Shown here in pieces: positions 41,361 to 50,303 of a stretch of DNA of 64,000 nt. The stretch is from Thermoanaerobaculia bacterium (lineage in GTDB: Bacteria > Acidobacteriota > Thermoanaerobaculia > Multivoradales > Multivoraceae): assembly GCA_963664405.1 (NCBI GenBank), contig OY761158.1:5184001-5248000 (forward strand). The letters run 5' to 3'. The translations under genes and the position numbers were made by a program. The notes below the pieces were generated by a model, which saw only the letters and a program-made list of their open reading frames with translations, was not told the DNA's origin and searched no databases. How positions within the stretch are numbered: the first letter of the stretch is position 1; each line of letters opens with the position of its first letter.

Positions 41361-42503
41361 TCAGGCCTTGTTGGGAGTGACCAAGAACTTCTCGCCGGTT
41401 GCCTGCTTGCCGTAGACCGCGATTGCGTCCAGGTGCAGGACCTCTGCAAGAGAGACTTCTTTGGCGTAGGAGCTGGCGAAGGTCGTTTTGACCCCGGCCG
41501 CCACCCGCTGCCTCAGCTTCTGCGCCGCCTCGAAGCCGATCTTCTGCAGGAAGGGGGGCAGCAGCCAGCCGCCGACGCCCCAAGCCATCCCGAAGCCGCG
41601 AGTGAGCTCGGTCGGGCCGCGGTCGAGACCGCCATAGATATAGACCTGCTTGTGGACGGTGGAGCCATAGCGATTGAACTCCCCGGCGTTGGCGCTGGCT
41701 GCCGCTTCCATCGCAGTGAGGATCTGACTGGCCAGCTTGCCTCCGCCGGTGGCGTCGAAGGCAACGGTGGCGCCGGTGGCGGTGAGGGCAGCGATGAGGT
41801 CCTTCATGAAGGTGGGGGCGCTGGAGTTGCAAACATGGTTGGCGCCCAGCCCTCGAAGGAGGGTCTCCTGCTCTTCCTTGCGGACGATGTTGACCAGATC
41901 GACTTTGTCTTGAATGCAGATCTTGTTGAGCATCTGCCCCAGGTTGGAAGCCGCGGCGGTGTGAACCAGAGCCGTGTGGTCCTCCATGCGCATGGTCTCG
42001 ACCATGCCCAGCGCAGTGAGCGGGTTGACGAAGCAGGAGGCTCCTTCGGCCGGCGTCGTGCCTTCCGGCAGAACCAGGCACTGCTTGGCCTTGATAGCGC
42101 GGTACTGGGCATACATGGCTCCGCCGAGAATCGCCACGGTCTTGCCGATGAGCGACTGAGCGATCTCGGAGTCGCCAGCCCCGACCACTACGCCTGCTCC
42201 TTCGTTGCCGACGGGCAGCGACTGGTCGACGCGGGCGGCGACGCCTCTCATCAGGTTGCTTGGGACGCTGGCGGTGACCATAGGGCTCGCGGAGGTTCCC
42301 GATGCTGTCGCCGTGCTCATGTCGGCCGGCCCGAAGAGCAGACCGAGGTCAGAGGGATTGATCGGCGAGGCCTCGACCCGGACCAGGACCTCTTCTGGGC
42401 CGGGCTCGGGGATCGGCACGGTTGCCAGCGAGAGCTGGAGCTCGCCGTCTTGGGTTATCGTGGAGCGGAGCTGAAGTGCTTTGCCTGTTTCTTCTTTTCC
42501 CAT
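41361..42503 (-). CDS. MDR-family (zinc-binding dehydrogenase-like) NADH oxidoreductase
   Basis: ASPINPSDLG, VGNEGAG, FVNPLTALGM and HTAAASNLG. Confidence 0.9.
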   Translation of the reverse strand: MGKEETGKALQLRSTITQDGELQLSLATVPIPEPGPEEVLVRVEASPINPSDLGLLFGPADMSTATASGTSASPMVTASVPSNLMRGVAARVDQSLPVGNEGAGVVVGAGDSEIAQSLIGKTVAILGGAMYAQYRAIKAKQCLVLPEGTTPAEGASCFVNPLTALGMVETMRMEDHTALVHTAAASNLGQMLNKICIQDKVDLVNIVRKEEQETLLRGLGANHVCNSSAPTFMKDLIAALTATGATVAFDATGGGKLASQILTAMEAAASANAGEFNRYGSTVHKQVYIYGGLDRGPTELTRGFGMAWGVGGWLLPPFLQKIGFEAAQKLRQRVAAGVKTTFASSYAKEVSLAEVLHLDAIAVYGKQATGEKFLVTPNKA

Positions 42504-42663
42504 GTTTTTTCTATCCTCGTTGCTGCGGTAAGGGTAAGCAGGGAGAATAGCGCAGGTCAGGAGCTGACGACGTATTGTGAACGTAGCCCTATCGAAGCAA
42601 GTATGATCGAGTTTCGAAGCGAAGCTTGACTGTCTGGCGAATGAACAAGAGGAGATCTCTCTC

Positions 42664-43038
42664 ATGATCGGTTACGTCACTATCGGCACCAAGGACATGG
42701 ACAGGTCGCTTGCCTTCTACGATGCGCTCCTCGCCGAGGTCGGCGCCAAGCAGGTCTTCGGCATGGACCGGATCAAGTTCTATGGCAACGAGCCTGGAGG
42801 CGCGATGCTCGCCATCTGTATCCCCCACAATGAAGAGGAGCAGAAGTGCGGTAACGGCAACATGTTCGCCATCCCCGGTGGCTCGCGCGAAGGGGTCGAC
42901 AAGCTCTACGCCAAGGCAATGGAGCTCGGCGCCACCGACGAGGGCGAGCCTGGCGAAAGAATGCCGGTCTTCTACGGCGCCTACGTCCGCGACCCCGACG
43001 GCAACAAGCTCTGCTTCTTCGAAATGAAGATGGGGTAG
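42664..43038 (+). CDS. VOC/glyoxalase family protein
   Basis: IGYVTIG, GNGNM, GATDEGEPG and YVRDPDGNKL; GAGGAG RBS. Confidence 0.92.
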   Translation: MIGYVTIGTKDMDRSLAFYDALLAEVGAKQVFGMDRIKFYGNEPGGAMLAICIPHNEEEQKCGNGNMFAIPGGSREGVDKLYAKAMELGATDEGEPGERMPVFYGAYVRDPDGNKLCFFEMKMG

Positions 43039-43132
43039 CGGCCCCCTGAAGCGGCCTGTGACAGTGCCTCAACGAGCGGCGCGGCCGCATCACCACCCCG
43101 CGCACACTCCGGAACGGCTGCCGGAGGGACGC

Positions 43133-44204
43133 TTACTGCGCCCAGGGGACTTCGCAGGCTTCGCCGATGCGGATCTCTTTGGTGACGAAGGTGTTGCGGT
43201 GGGGGCCGGCACACCAGGAGGGCATTACCATCGAGTAGAGGCCGCCGCCGCCGGCCACCACGACGAGGATGTCTTCGGGGCGGGAGAAGCAGTGCACGTC
43301 CTTCTCGTCGCTGATGCCGCGTGCCGGTACGTAGCTTTGAATCTCGGCCGCCGAGAAACTGGTTCGCTCGTATAGCTCGCTGCAGATGCGCTTGCGGTCG
43401 TAGCCGGCGGCGAGAAGGAGGCCCGCGTGGTCGGGGTTGAGGACCACGGTCGCGGCGCCGCCACGGATCCAGAAGTTGTTCGATCCCGGGTTTGCCAGAC
43501 AGACGGCGAGAGATCTGAGCAGTCTCGACGGCGTTTCGGGGTCGTCGGCGTCGCTGACCGCGATGACCGAGTGCGGGGCTTCGGCCCCGATTACGGTCAC
43601 GGTGCTCGTTTCGGCTGAGTAGCCCAGAGCAACGTGGAAAGGCTCGAAGGGGCTCGCCGCCTCATCTTCGGCGAAGCAGTAGGTGAACTTTCCCGGGTGG
43701 CCGTGCACGGCCATATCTGATGTACCGGCTCGGCCGCCGCCGATATTGATCATCGACAGGCGCAGCGCGCGGCCGATCGAGGCGTTAGCGCGATTCCCGG
43801 GACCGAAGACGCCGTAGCCTCCGGATAGCGGCCCACAGACCTGGGCGGCGGGTCCGTTGACGATCAAGAGCGGCGCCGTGCAGTGGGTCGTCGCCTGCAT
43901 CTCGGTGAGGTCGAATCGAGGGTCGAGAACCGCTTCGATCGCTGCCACTACGATCGGCATGTGCTGGGGCAGACAGCCGGCCATGACCGCCGATGTGGCG
44001 ATGCGCTCGAGGGTCGCGGCGCCCCCACCTGGGCCCATCGAGCCGAGCTCCAGATCCGCTTGGTAGTCCGCTCGCCAAGACCAAGGACTGCACCAGATCC
44101 GGAGTCGGAATAACGACCGGCAGACCGTCGGTGCAGCCGAGCTCGTGAAGCAGTTCGAGGGCCTCGATGCCGGAGGAGGCTTCGAGTAGAGATCCTGTCG
44201 CCAT
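43133..44204 (-). pseudogene. UGSC-associated conserved protein (TDGLPV.PT family) with a +1 frameshift near 44060
   Basis: N-terminal GCTDGLPVVIPT (ORF starting 44204) continues as ATLERIATSAVMAGC..NRANASIGRALRL..G.PGK (ORF 43133-44038); removing one A restores LPADLELGSMGP; may be a sequencing error. Confidence 0.7.
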
Positions 44205-44213
44205 AGCGAAGGC

Positions 44214-44786
44214 TTAGGCGGTCACTTCGACCGGCGAAGCCTCGGCTCGAATCTGTCCTCTCAGCTCACCGCCCAGGGCGGTGACCAAGGTCGGGCCGAT
44301 CCTCTCGGCGAGGCGGCGCATAGCCTCTTTCCCGGTGCCCGCAACCGGATGCGGAAGCAAGAGGCGGGGTATGTCGGGCATGCCCGTGGCGCGTGCCACA
44401 AAGTCGCCTTGCTCTCGAAAGTCTTCGGTGACAAAGGCGACAACGGGGATACCCCGCCGGGCGAAAGCGATTCCGTCACGCACGGTGCCGGTAGTGCAGC
44501 TCCCTCAGTGACCCCAGGCAGTGACAACTACCTTGCATTCTTTGGCGATGCCATCGAGAAGCTGATCACTGGCCAAGGAGGACGCATTGCCCTTGTTGAA
44601 TCGCTTGCACTGCGCTGCGGGTAGGAGCTCGGCCAGCACTTCTTCGACCCGGTCGAGAAACGCCTCGGAGTCGGGGAACCCGTTGGCAAGCAGGCCGATC
44701 GTCGGGCTGCCGGCTAGATCGGCGCTGAGAGTGTAGGGCTCGGGGCTGGCGCCCGGCTCTGCTCGAGGGTCGAGGAATTGGATCAT
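44214..44786 (-). CDS. UGSC-family selenoprotein (190 aa, Sec at TGA 44505-44507)
   Basis: ORF 44505-44786 ends ...TAWGH-TGA and the same frame continues GSCTTGTVRDGIAF..GIPVV..T..F..PHPV to 44214, giving the UxxC motif H-U-G-S-C. Confidence 0.85.
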
Positions 44787-44843
44787 TGTGTAGCTCCCTG
44801 CTTCAATAGTACACGGGAGAGTGCACTGTCTGCAGCCCCATCG

Positions 44844-45917
44844 TCAGTAGTGGTTGATGATGTGAGTGGCGAAGTCGGCGAAGTTCTCTCTCGCGCTGGC
44901 CATCGGCGGGAGCAGGGTCACTTCTTTGAGGCCCGCTTCCTCGAGCTCGCGGAGCCTTGCGATGATCTCTTCCGGCGTCCCCACGAGTCCGCCGGAGGCG
45001 CGGATCAGCTCGGGCGTCATGAACTTCCGCTCGGCAGGGACCAGATAGGTGCAGTGACCTTCATGTACCCGCATATGGGGGTGCCCTTCGAGGGTCTCGG
45101 TGTAGGCCAGGTACTGTTCCCAGAGGTCTCGGATCTCCGGCCGGATGAAGCTGTCGGTGCCCCGCTGCTTGGCCAGCTCCCACCAGAAATGGAGTGCTGA
45201 GGAGACCATCGAGCCCACCTCGTCGATGACCCGGTCTGAGCGCAGATCCTCTCCCGGCCGCAGCACGCAGGCGAAGCTCAGAGCGGCGGTGTGGTAGCTG
45301 TCGTCGAGCTTCCTACCCGAGGCTTCCGCTCCAGCGGCCACGATTCCGAGGTTCTGCTGGAAGACGGCCGGCGGCTCGCCTCCTCCGGAGACGCGCCCGT
45401 CTCCATGGGCTCCGGCGATCCCCAGCGCCAACGGTCCATTCGCCGCTACATAGATCGGCACCGGGTTCGCAACGTTGACGAAGCCGAGCTCCTGATGGAG
45501 GAACTGGATGGGTCGAGTCACCCCGTCGAGCGTGTACTCGACTTCGTCGCCGCGGAGGAGTGCACGCACCACTCGTACATATTCACCAAAGGCCTTGGGC
45601 TTGACCGGGTCCATTCCCATCACCCGCATCGCGGTGTGGCCGGTGCCGATGCCGAGGAAGACCCGCCCCGGTGCGATCCGGTTGATGCTCGCGATCGAGT
45701 GCGCGGTGACCGGTGCGATCCGAGTTCCGGCGATCGCGACCCCTGTCCCCAGTCGAATGGTGGATGTGTGTTGGGCCGCCAGAGCCATGGTGGCGTAGCA
45801 GTCGGACCAGATCATCTGCGAGTCGGGAAACCAGGCGTTGTCGTAGCCGAGGCTCTCGACATAAGGGATCAGTTGCCAATCGTCGATTTTGGTGGCAACC
45901 ATCGCGCCGAACTTCAT
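44844..45917 (-). CDS. LLM-class flavin/F420-type oxidoreductase (Mer-like)
   Basis: AWFPDSQ, TSTIRLGTGV, PGRVFLGIGTG and PIYVAANGP; GGAGG RBS before MKFGAM. Confidence 0.9.
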   Translation of the reverse strand: MKFGAMVATKIDDWQLIPYVESLGYDNAWFPDSQMIWSDCYATMALAAQHTSTIRLGTGVAIAGTRIAPVTAHSIASINRIAPGRVFLGIGTGHTAMRVMGMDPVKPKAFGEYVRVVRALLRGDEVEYTLDGVTRPIQFLHQELGFVNVANPVPIYVAANGPLALGIAGAHGDGRVSGGGEPPAVFQQNLGIVAAGAEASGRKLDDSYHTAALSFACVLRPGEDLRSDRVIDEVGSMVSSALHFWWELAKQRGTDSFIRPEIRDLWEQYLAYTETLEGHPHMRVHEGHCTYLVPAERKFMTPELIRASGGLVGTPEEIIARLRELEEAGLKEVTLLPPMASARENFADFATHIINHY

Positions 45918-46080
45918 CGGGACCTCCTTGGAGAAGAGGACTGAGTGTAGCTCGACTTCGGGGCTTGCCGACGCTTTCGAAAATGATCCCCCTTTTCCTC
46001 CGCGGCTGGATATCATGGCGCTGCCTGGCCAGCGAGATTGCCTTCCCAGCTGGCTCCATCCCGAAAAAGAGCAGACTTCG

Positions 46081-47499
46081 ATGAGCGCCACCACCCGGCT
46101 CGAGAACCAGGGCCGCGCCGGTCAGCGCCTGGAGCAATTCCAGAGCAACCCGCGGCGTGCGCTGTGGACGCTGGCGCTGCCGATCATGATCGGGATGTCG
46201 ATCTACACCGCCTACATGATCGCCGACATGATCTTTGTCGGCATGCTCGGCCCTGATGCCCTCATCGCGGTTGCCTTCAACATGCCCCTGCTCTTCTTGG
46301 CGATGGGCGCAACCTTCGGTCTCGGCAGTGCGGTGACCGCGCTGATCGCCAGGGCGATCGGAGCCAAGGACGACCGAAGGGCCGACCTGGTCGCCCAGCA
46401 CTCGACCCTGGTCGGGGTGGGGATGACGGTCGTTTTCATCTCCATCGGCTTCGGCTACGGAGAGAAGCTACTGCTCGGGATCGGAGTGCCGCCCGACTTG
46501 CTGCCTCTCGCCTGGGAGTACTTCTCGGTGCTGGTGGCCGGCTTCGCCTTCCAGGTGCTTTCCATCCTCTTCCGCTCGATGTTCAGCGGCGAGGGCGAGG
46601 TCAAGCTGCCGGTGACGATCCAGGCCGTGGCGACGGTGGTCAATATCGTGCTCGATCCGATCTTCATTTTCGGGCTCGACATGGGAGTGCGGGGTGCGGC
46701 GGTGGCAACCGTGGTCACTCAGGCCGCTGTGATGTTGACCTTCGCCTGGCTTCTCTTCATCCGCAAGCGCGCTCACGTCGACCTCTCCTTCCGGGGCTTT
46801 CGTATTGACAGCGACATCGTTGGAGACCTGATTCGGATCGGCGCTCCCGCTTCGCTCTCTTTCGTGGTGATGGCCGCCGGGGGCACCGCCTTCAACAGGA
46901 TCCTGGTAGAGCGCTCGCCCGATGCGGTGGCGGCGTTCCAGATCGGGGGACGGGTCGACCACCTGGTCATATTGCCTCTGGTGGCGATGGCCTCGTCGTT
47001 GGTCACCCTGGTGGGCATGTTCTCCGGCGCCGGCCGACTCGACCTTGCCGAACAGGTCGTCCGTTACGCGATGGGACGAGGCTTGTTGCTCGCCATTGTG
47101 GCCTCGACGCTCTTTCTCGTGTTCGCCCCGTGGCTGGTGGCACCCTTCACCGACAGCGAGTCGATCCGGAGCTACGCGGTGCAGTATCTGCGCTTCGCTT
47201 CGCTCGTCTTTCCCGCTTTTCCGTTCTCGATCATGATCGGCCGCGCCCTTCAGGGTCTGGGTCACGGTACCCCGGAGCTGGTGTTGAGCCTGATGCGGGT
47301 GCTGTTGATCTCCGTCCCCTTGGCGGCGCTCGCCGTCTTTCGCTTCGGTCTCCCCATCCACTTTGTCTGGATGGCGATGATCATCGGCGGGTGGACGTCG
47401 GCCGTGGTCGCTCTGCAATGGTGGCGTCTTGCGATCCGGGCGGCGATCCGCGACGCCGGGGAACCGTTGTCGCCTCTCGTCGAAGTGCCGGTGGCTTGA
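46081..47499 (+). CDS. MATE-family efflux transporter
   Basis: LALPIMIG..ADMIFVGMLG and NIVLDPIFIFG.MGVRGAAVAT. Confidence 0.92.
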   Translation: MSATTRLENQGRAGQRLEQFQSNPRRALWTLALPIMIGMSIYTAYMIADMIFVGMLGPDALIAVAFNMPLLFLAMGATFGLGSAVTALIARAIGAKDDRRADLVAQHSTLVGVGMTVVFISIGFGYGEKLLLGIGVPPDLLPLAWEYFSVLVAGFAFQVLSILFRSMFSGEGEVKLPVTIQAVATVVNIVLDPIFIFGLDMGVRGAAVATVVTQAAVMLTFAWLLFIRKRAHVDLSFRGFRIDSDIVGDLIRIGAPASLSFVVMAAGGTAFNRILVERSPDAVAAFQIGGRVDHLVILPLVAMASSLVTLVGMFSGAGRLDLAEQVVRYAMGRGLLLAIVASTLFLVFAPWLVAPFTDSESIRSYAVQYLRFASLVFPAFPFSIMIGRALQGLGHGTPELVLSLMRVLLISVPLAALAVFRFGLPIHFVWMAMIIGGWTSAVVALQWWRLAIRAAIRDAGEPLSPLVEVPVA

Positions 47500-47602
47500 C
47501 GTCAAGGCGACGAGTCGGCAGACTCCTTTTCCGTTCATCGCTCGGCGTCGTGCCAACGGACGGCTGGAATAGAGAGTTTTCTGATCATGAGAGGGCAAGT
47601 CC

Positions 47603-48373
47603 ATGGGTGAGTACTGCAAAGTCGAAAAGTCCGACCACGTCCTGACGGTCACCTTGAATCGTCCCGAGCGACTGAATGCGCTCCACCCTCCAGCGAATGT
47701 GGAGCTTGGAGAGGTTTTCGACGACTATGCGGCCGACCCCGACATGTGGGTGGCGATCATCACCGGTGAGGGCCGCGGCTTCAGTGCCGGCAACGACCTG
47801 CGCTATCAGGCCGAGGGTGGCGAGCGAATGGCGACGCCGCGCGGTTTCGGTGGGCTGTCGTCGCGCTTCGATCTCACCAAGCCGGTGATCGCGGCGGTGA
47901 ATGGCGTCGCGATGGGTGGAGGGTTCGAGATCGCTCTTTCCTGCGACATCATCCTGGCGTCGGAGACTGCCAGGTTCGCCCTGCCCGAGCCCAAGGTCGG
48001 GCTTGCCGCGCTGGCCGGTGGACTCCAGCGGCTGCCCAGGACTATCGGTCCGAAGCGGGCGCTGGGCATGATCCTCACCGCCCGCCATGTGTCGGCGCAG
48101 GAGGGCTATGAGCTCGGTTTCGTAACCGCCGTGGTCCCGCCCGAGGAGCTGATGGATACCGCGAACCAATGGGCCGGGATGATTCTCGAGTGTGCTCCGC
48201 TGTCGATTCGAGCGAGCAAAGATGTGGTTTATCGCAGTCTCGATATGGCCTCGCTGGAGGAGTCGATGGCGGTCAAGTACGAGTCGGTGCAGGCCCTGGT
48301 TGGGAGCGAGGACTTCGTCGAGGGGCCCAAGGCCTTCGCAGAGAAGCGGGCACCGAATTGGAAGGGGCGTTAG
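47603..48373 (+). CDS. Enoyl-CoA hydratase (CaiD-like)
   Basis: FSAGNDL, KPVIAAVNGVAMGGGFE and FALPEPKVG. Confidence 0.93.
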   Translation: MGEYCKVEKSDHVLTVTLNRPERLNALHPPANVELGEVFDDYAADPDMWVAIITGEGRGFSAGNDLRYQAEGGERMATPRGFGGLSSRFDLTKPVIAAVNGVAMGGGFEIALSCDIILASETARFALPEPKVGLAALAGGLQRLPRTIGPKRALGMILTARHVSAQEGYELGFVTAVVPPEELMDTANQWAGMILECAPLSIRASKDVVYRSLDMASLEESMAVKYESVQALVGSEDFVEGPKAFAEKRAPNWKGR

Positions 48374-48377
48374 CGCT

Positions 48378-49400
48378 ATGACCAGAACCACGATCGTCAT
48401 CGTCGCTCTTCTGGCACTCGCTCTGATCGCGTCGGTAGCGATGGCTGCCGATAGCGAGATCCCGAGAACCGCCGCCGGAAAGCCGGATTTCTCCGCCACC
48501 TACGACATCTCCAGCCTGACGCCCTTCGCCCGGCCCGAGAAGTTCGGTGAACAGCTGTTCTTGACCCGAGAAGAGGCGGAGGCGATCGAGAAAGCCGCCG
48601 CTGAGCGGACCGCCGAACGGGCCGTCGCCAGCGCTCCCGATAGGGACGCTCCCAAGGCGGGTGGCAGTGTCGGTGCCTACAACGACTTCTGGTTCGAGTG
48701 GGGCACTGACACCTTTTCGGTCGACGGCAAGTATCGGACTTCGATCCTGACCGACCCACCGAATGGCCGGATGCCGTCGCTGACCGACGCGGGCAAGGCC
48801 CGATTGGCGGCTCTGCCTCGCTTTGCCTGGCAGAACAAAGGATATGCCTGGTGGCTGGAGTCGGGAGACACGCCCTACGACGGCCCCGAGAACATGGTGC
48901 TAGGCGTGCGCTGCATCTTCCAACCGACGGCCACGGTTCCTGCACGCCCGCTGCCCTACAACAACCTCAAGACCGTCGTGCAGACCGACACCCACCTGAT
49001 GATCAACGTCGAGTGGATGCACTGGACCCGAGTGGTCCGCCTCGACGCCGAGCACCTGCCGTCGAACATGCGCTCGCTAGCCGGCGACTCGATCGGTTGG
49101 TGGGAAGAGGATACGTTGGTTGTCGAGACCATCAACTTCCTCGACTCGCCAGGTGTACCGAGAGAGCTTCGTGTCGTCGAGCGTTTCAGCCCTATCGACG
49201 GGGCCGCCTTGCTCTATCAGTTCACGGTCGAGGACCCCGACTATGCGGCCCCCTACAGTGGGGAGCTGGTGTGGCCGAGAACCGAGGGGCGCAGCTTCGA
49301 GTATGCGTGCCACGAGGGCAACTACGCGATGGGGAACACGCTTCGAGGCGCGAGATTGCTCGAGCAGGAGTGGCAGTCGGAGCAGTCCGCCTCCAAGTAG
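48378..49400 (+). CDS. Conserved secreted protein of unknown function
   Basis: Signal peptide; IPRTAAGKPDF, RTS..TDPPNGRMP, GDSIGWWEEDTLVVET and EYACHEGNY. Confidence 0.8.
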   Translation: MTRTTIVIVALLALALIASVAMAADSEIPRTAAGKPDFSATYDISSLTPFARPEKFGEQLFLTREEAEAIEKAAAERTAERAVASAPDRDAPKAGGSVGAYNDFWFEWGTDTFSVDGKYRTSILTDPPNGRMPSLTDAGKARLAALPRFAWQNKGYAWWLESGDTPYDGPENMVLGVRCIFQPTATVPARPLPYNNLKTVVQTDTHLMINVEWMHWTRVVRLDAEHLPSNMRSLAGDSIGWWEEDTLVVETINFLDSPGVPRELRVVERFSPIDGAALLYQFTVEDPDYAAPYSGELVWPRTEGRSFEYACHEGNYAMGNTLRGARLLEQEWQSEQSASK

Positions 49401-49420
49401 CGCGGAGCTGTCGGACTGGT

Positions 49421-50239
49421 CTAGTCGCGAAAAGGTTTGTCGCCTGTCACCGTGACTCGGATACCGCTGCGGGTTTCGGGGTGGTAGTCCCAGATCGCCA
49501 GGTGCTGGGTGCATCGGTTGTCCCAGATCGCCACCGAATCCGGCTGCCACTGAAAGCGGCATTGAAAGGCCGGGTTGCGAGCGTGCTCGAAGAGAAAGTC
49601 GAGTAGCGCACGGCTCTCGCCGGAAGAAAGCTCGTTGATACGTCGGGTGAAACCGCCGTTGACGAAGAGAGCCCTTTTCTTCGTTACAGGATGGGTCCGT
49701 ATCACCGGGTGCGCCGCCTCTGGGGACTCGCGCTGGGGCGCATGGTCGCCGTAGTAGCCTGAGTAATTCGCTCGGTGAGTGGCGGTCAGCGGCTCGAGGA
49801 TCTCCTTCATCTTCGGAGATAGAGCGTCGTATGCGGCGTACATGCTCGCCCATAGGGTGTCGCCCCCGTGTGAAGGAATCTCGTGGAGGTGGAGGATCGA
49901 CGCCATCGGAGGCTTTTCGTCGGCGGAGACGTCGGAGTGCCACCCGGCCCCGTTGTTCCTGAACGAGTCCTTGTCGGTGTGGATGACCATCAGCTCGGGC
50001 TGATCGTGCGCGTAGGGTGCGGCAGGATGGATGTGGAGCTCGCCGAAGCGCCGTCCAAAGGCGAGGTGCTGCTCAGGCGTCATCTTCTGATCCCGAAAGA
50101 AGAGGACCAGATGATCCATCCATGCTTGGTGAATCTCCGCGAAGAGCTCATTGCTGATCGGGCCGGTCAAATCGGCTCCGCTGACGACGCCTCCGATTGT
50201 TGGTGTCAGTGGCTCCACCTCGATGTGTCGATAGTCCAT
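49421..50239 (-). CDS. TauD/TfdA-family 2-oxoglutarate dioxygenase
   Basis: WHSD, GGDTLWA, HPVIRTHP and WDNRCTQH. Confidence 0.93.
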   Translation of the reverse strand: MDYRHIEVEPLTPTIGGVVSGADLTGPISNELFAEIHQAWMDHLVLFFRDQKMTPEQHLAFGRRFGELHIHPAAPYAHDQPELMVIHTDKDSFRNNGAGWHSDVSADEKPPMASILHLHEIPSHGGDTLWASMYAAYDALSPKMKEILEPLTATHRANYSGYYGDHAPQRESPEAAHPVIRTHPVTKKRALFVNGGFTRRINELSSGESRALLDFLFEHARNPAFQCRFQWQPDSVAIWDNRCTQHLAIWDYHPETRSGIRVTVTGDKPFRD

Positions 50240-50303
50240 TTCCTTTTTCCTCTTTGAGAGACTCCTACTTTATCCCCTGACTCTACTCCGGTAGGGTCGT
50301 GCA

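Noticed and set aside
41271-42629. Long antisense ORFs (also 23696-25135, 26152-27576, 56569-58080, 60567-61853)
   Set aside because: Shadow frames of well-supported genes in a high-GC genome.
43059-43068. TGACAGTGCC matching the IS6 terminal repeat
   Set aside because: Only 10 bp with no partner end or transposase remnant; compatible with chance.
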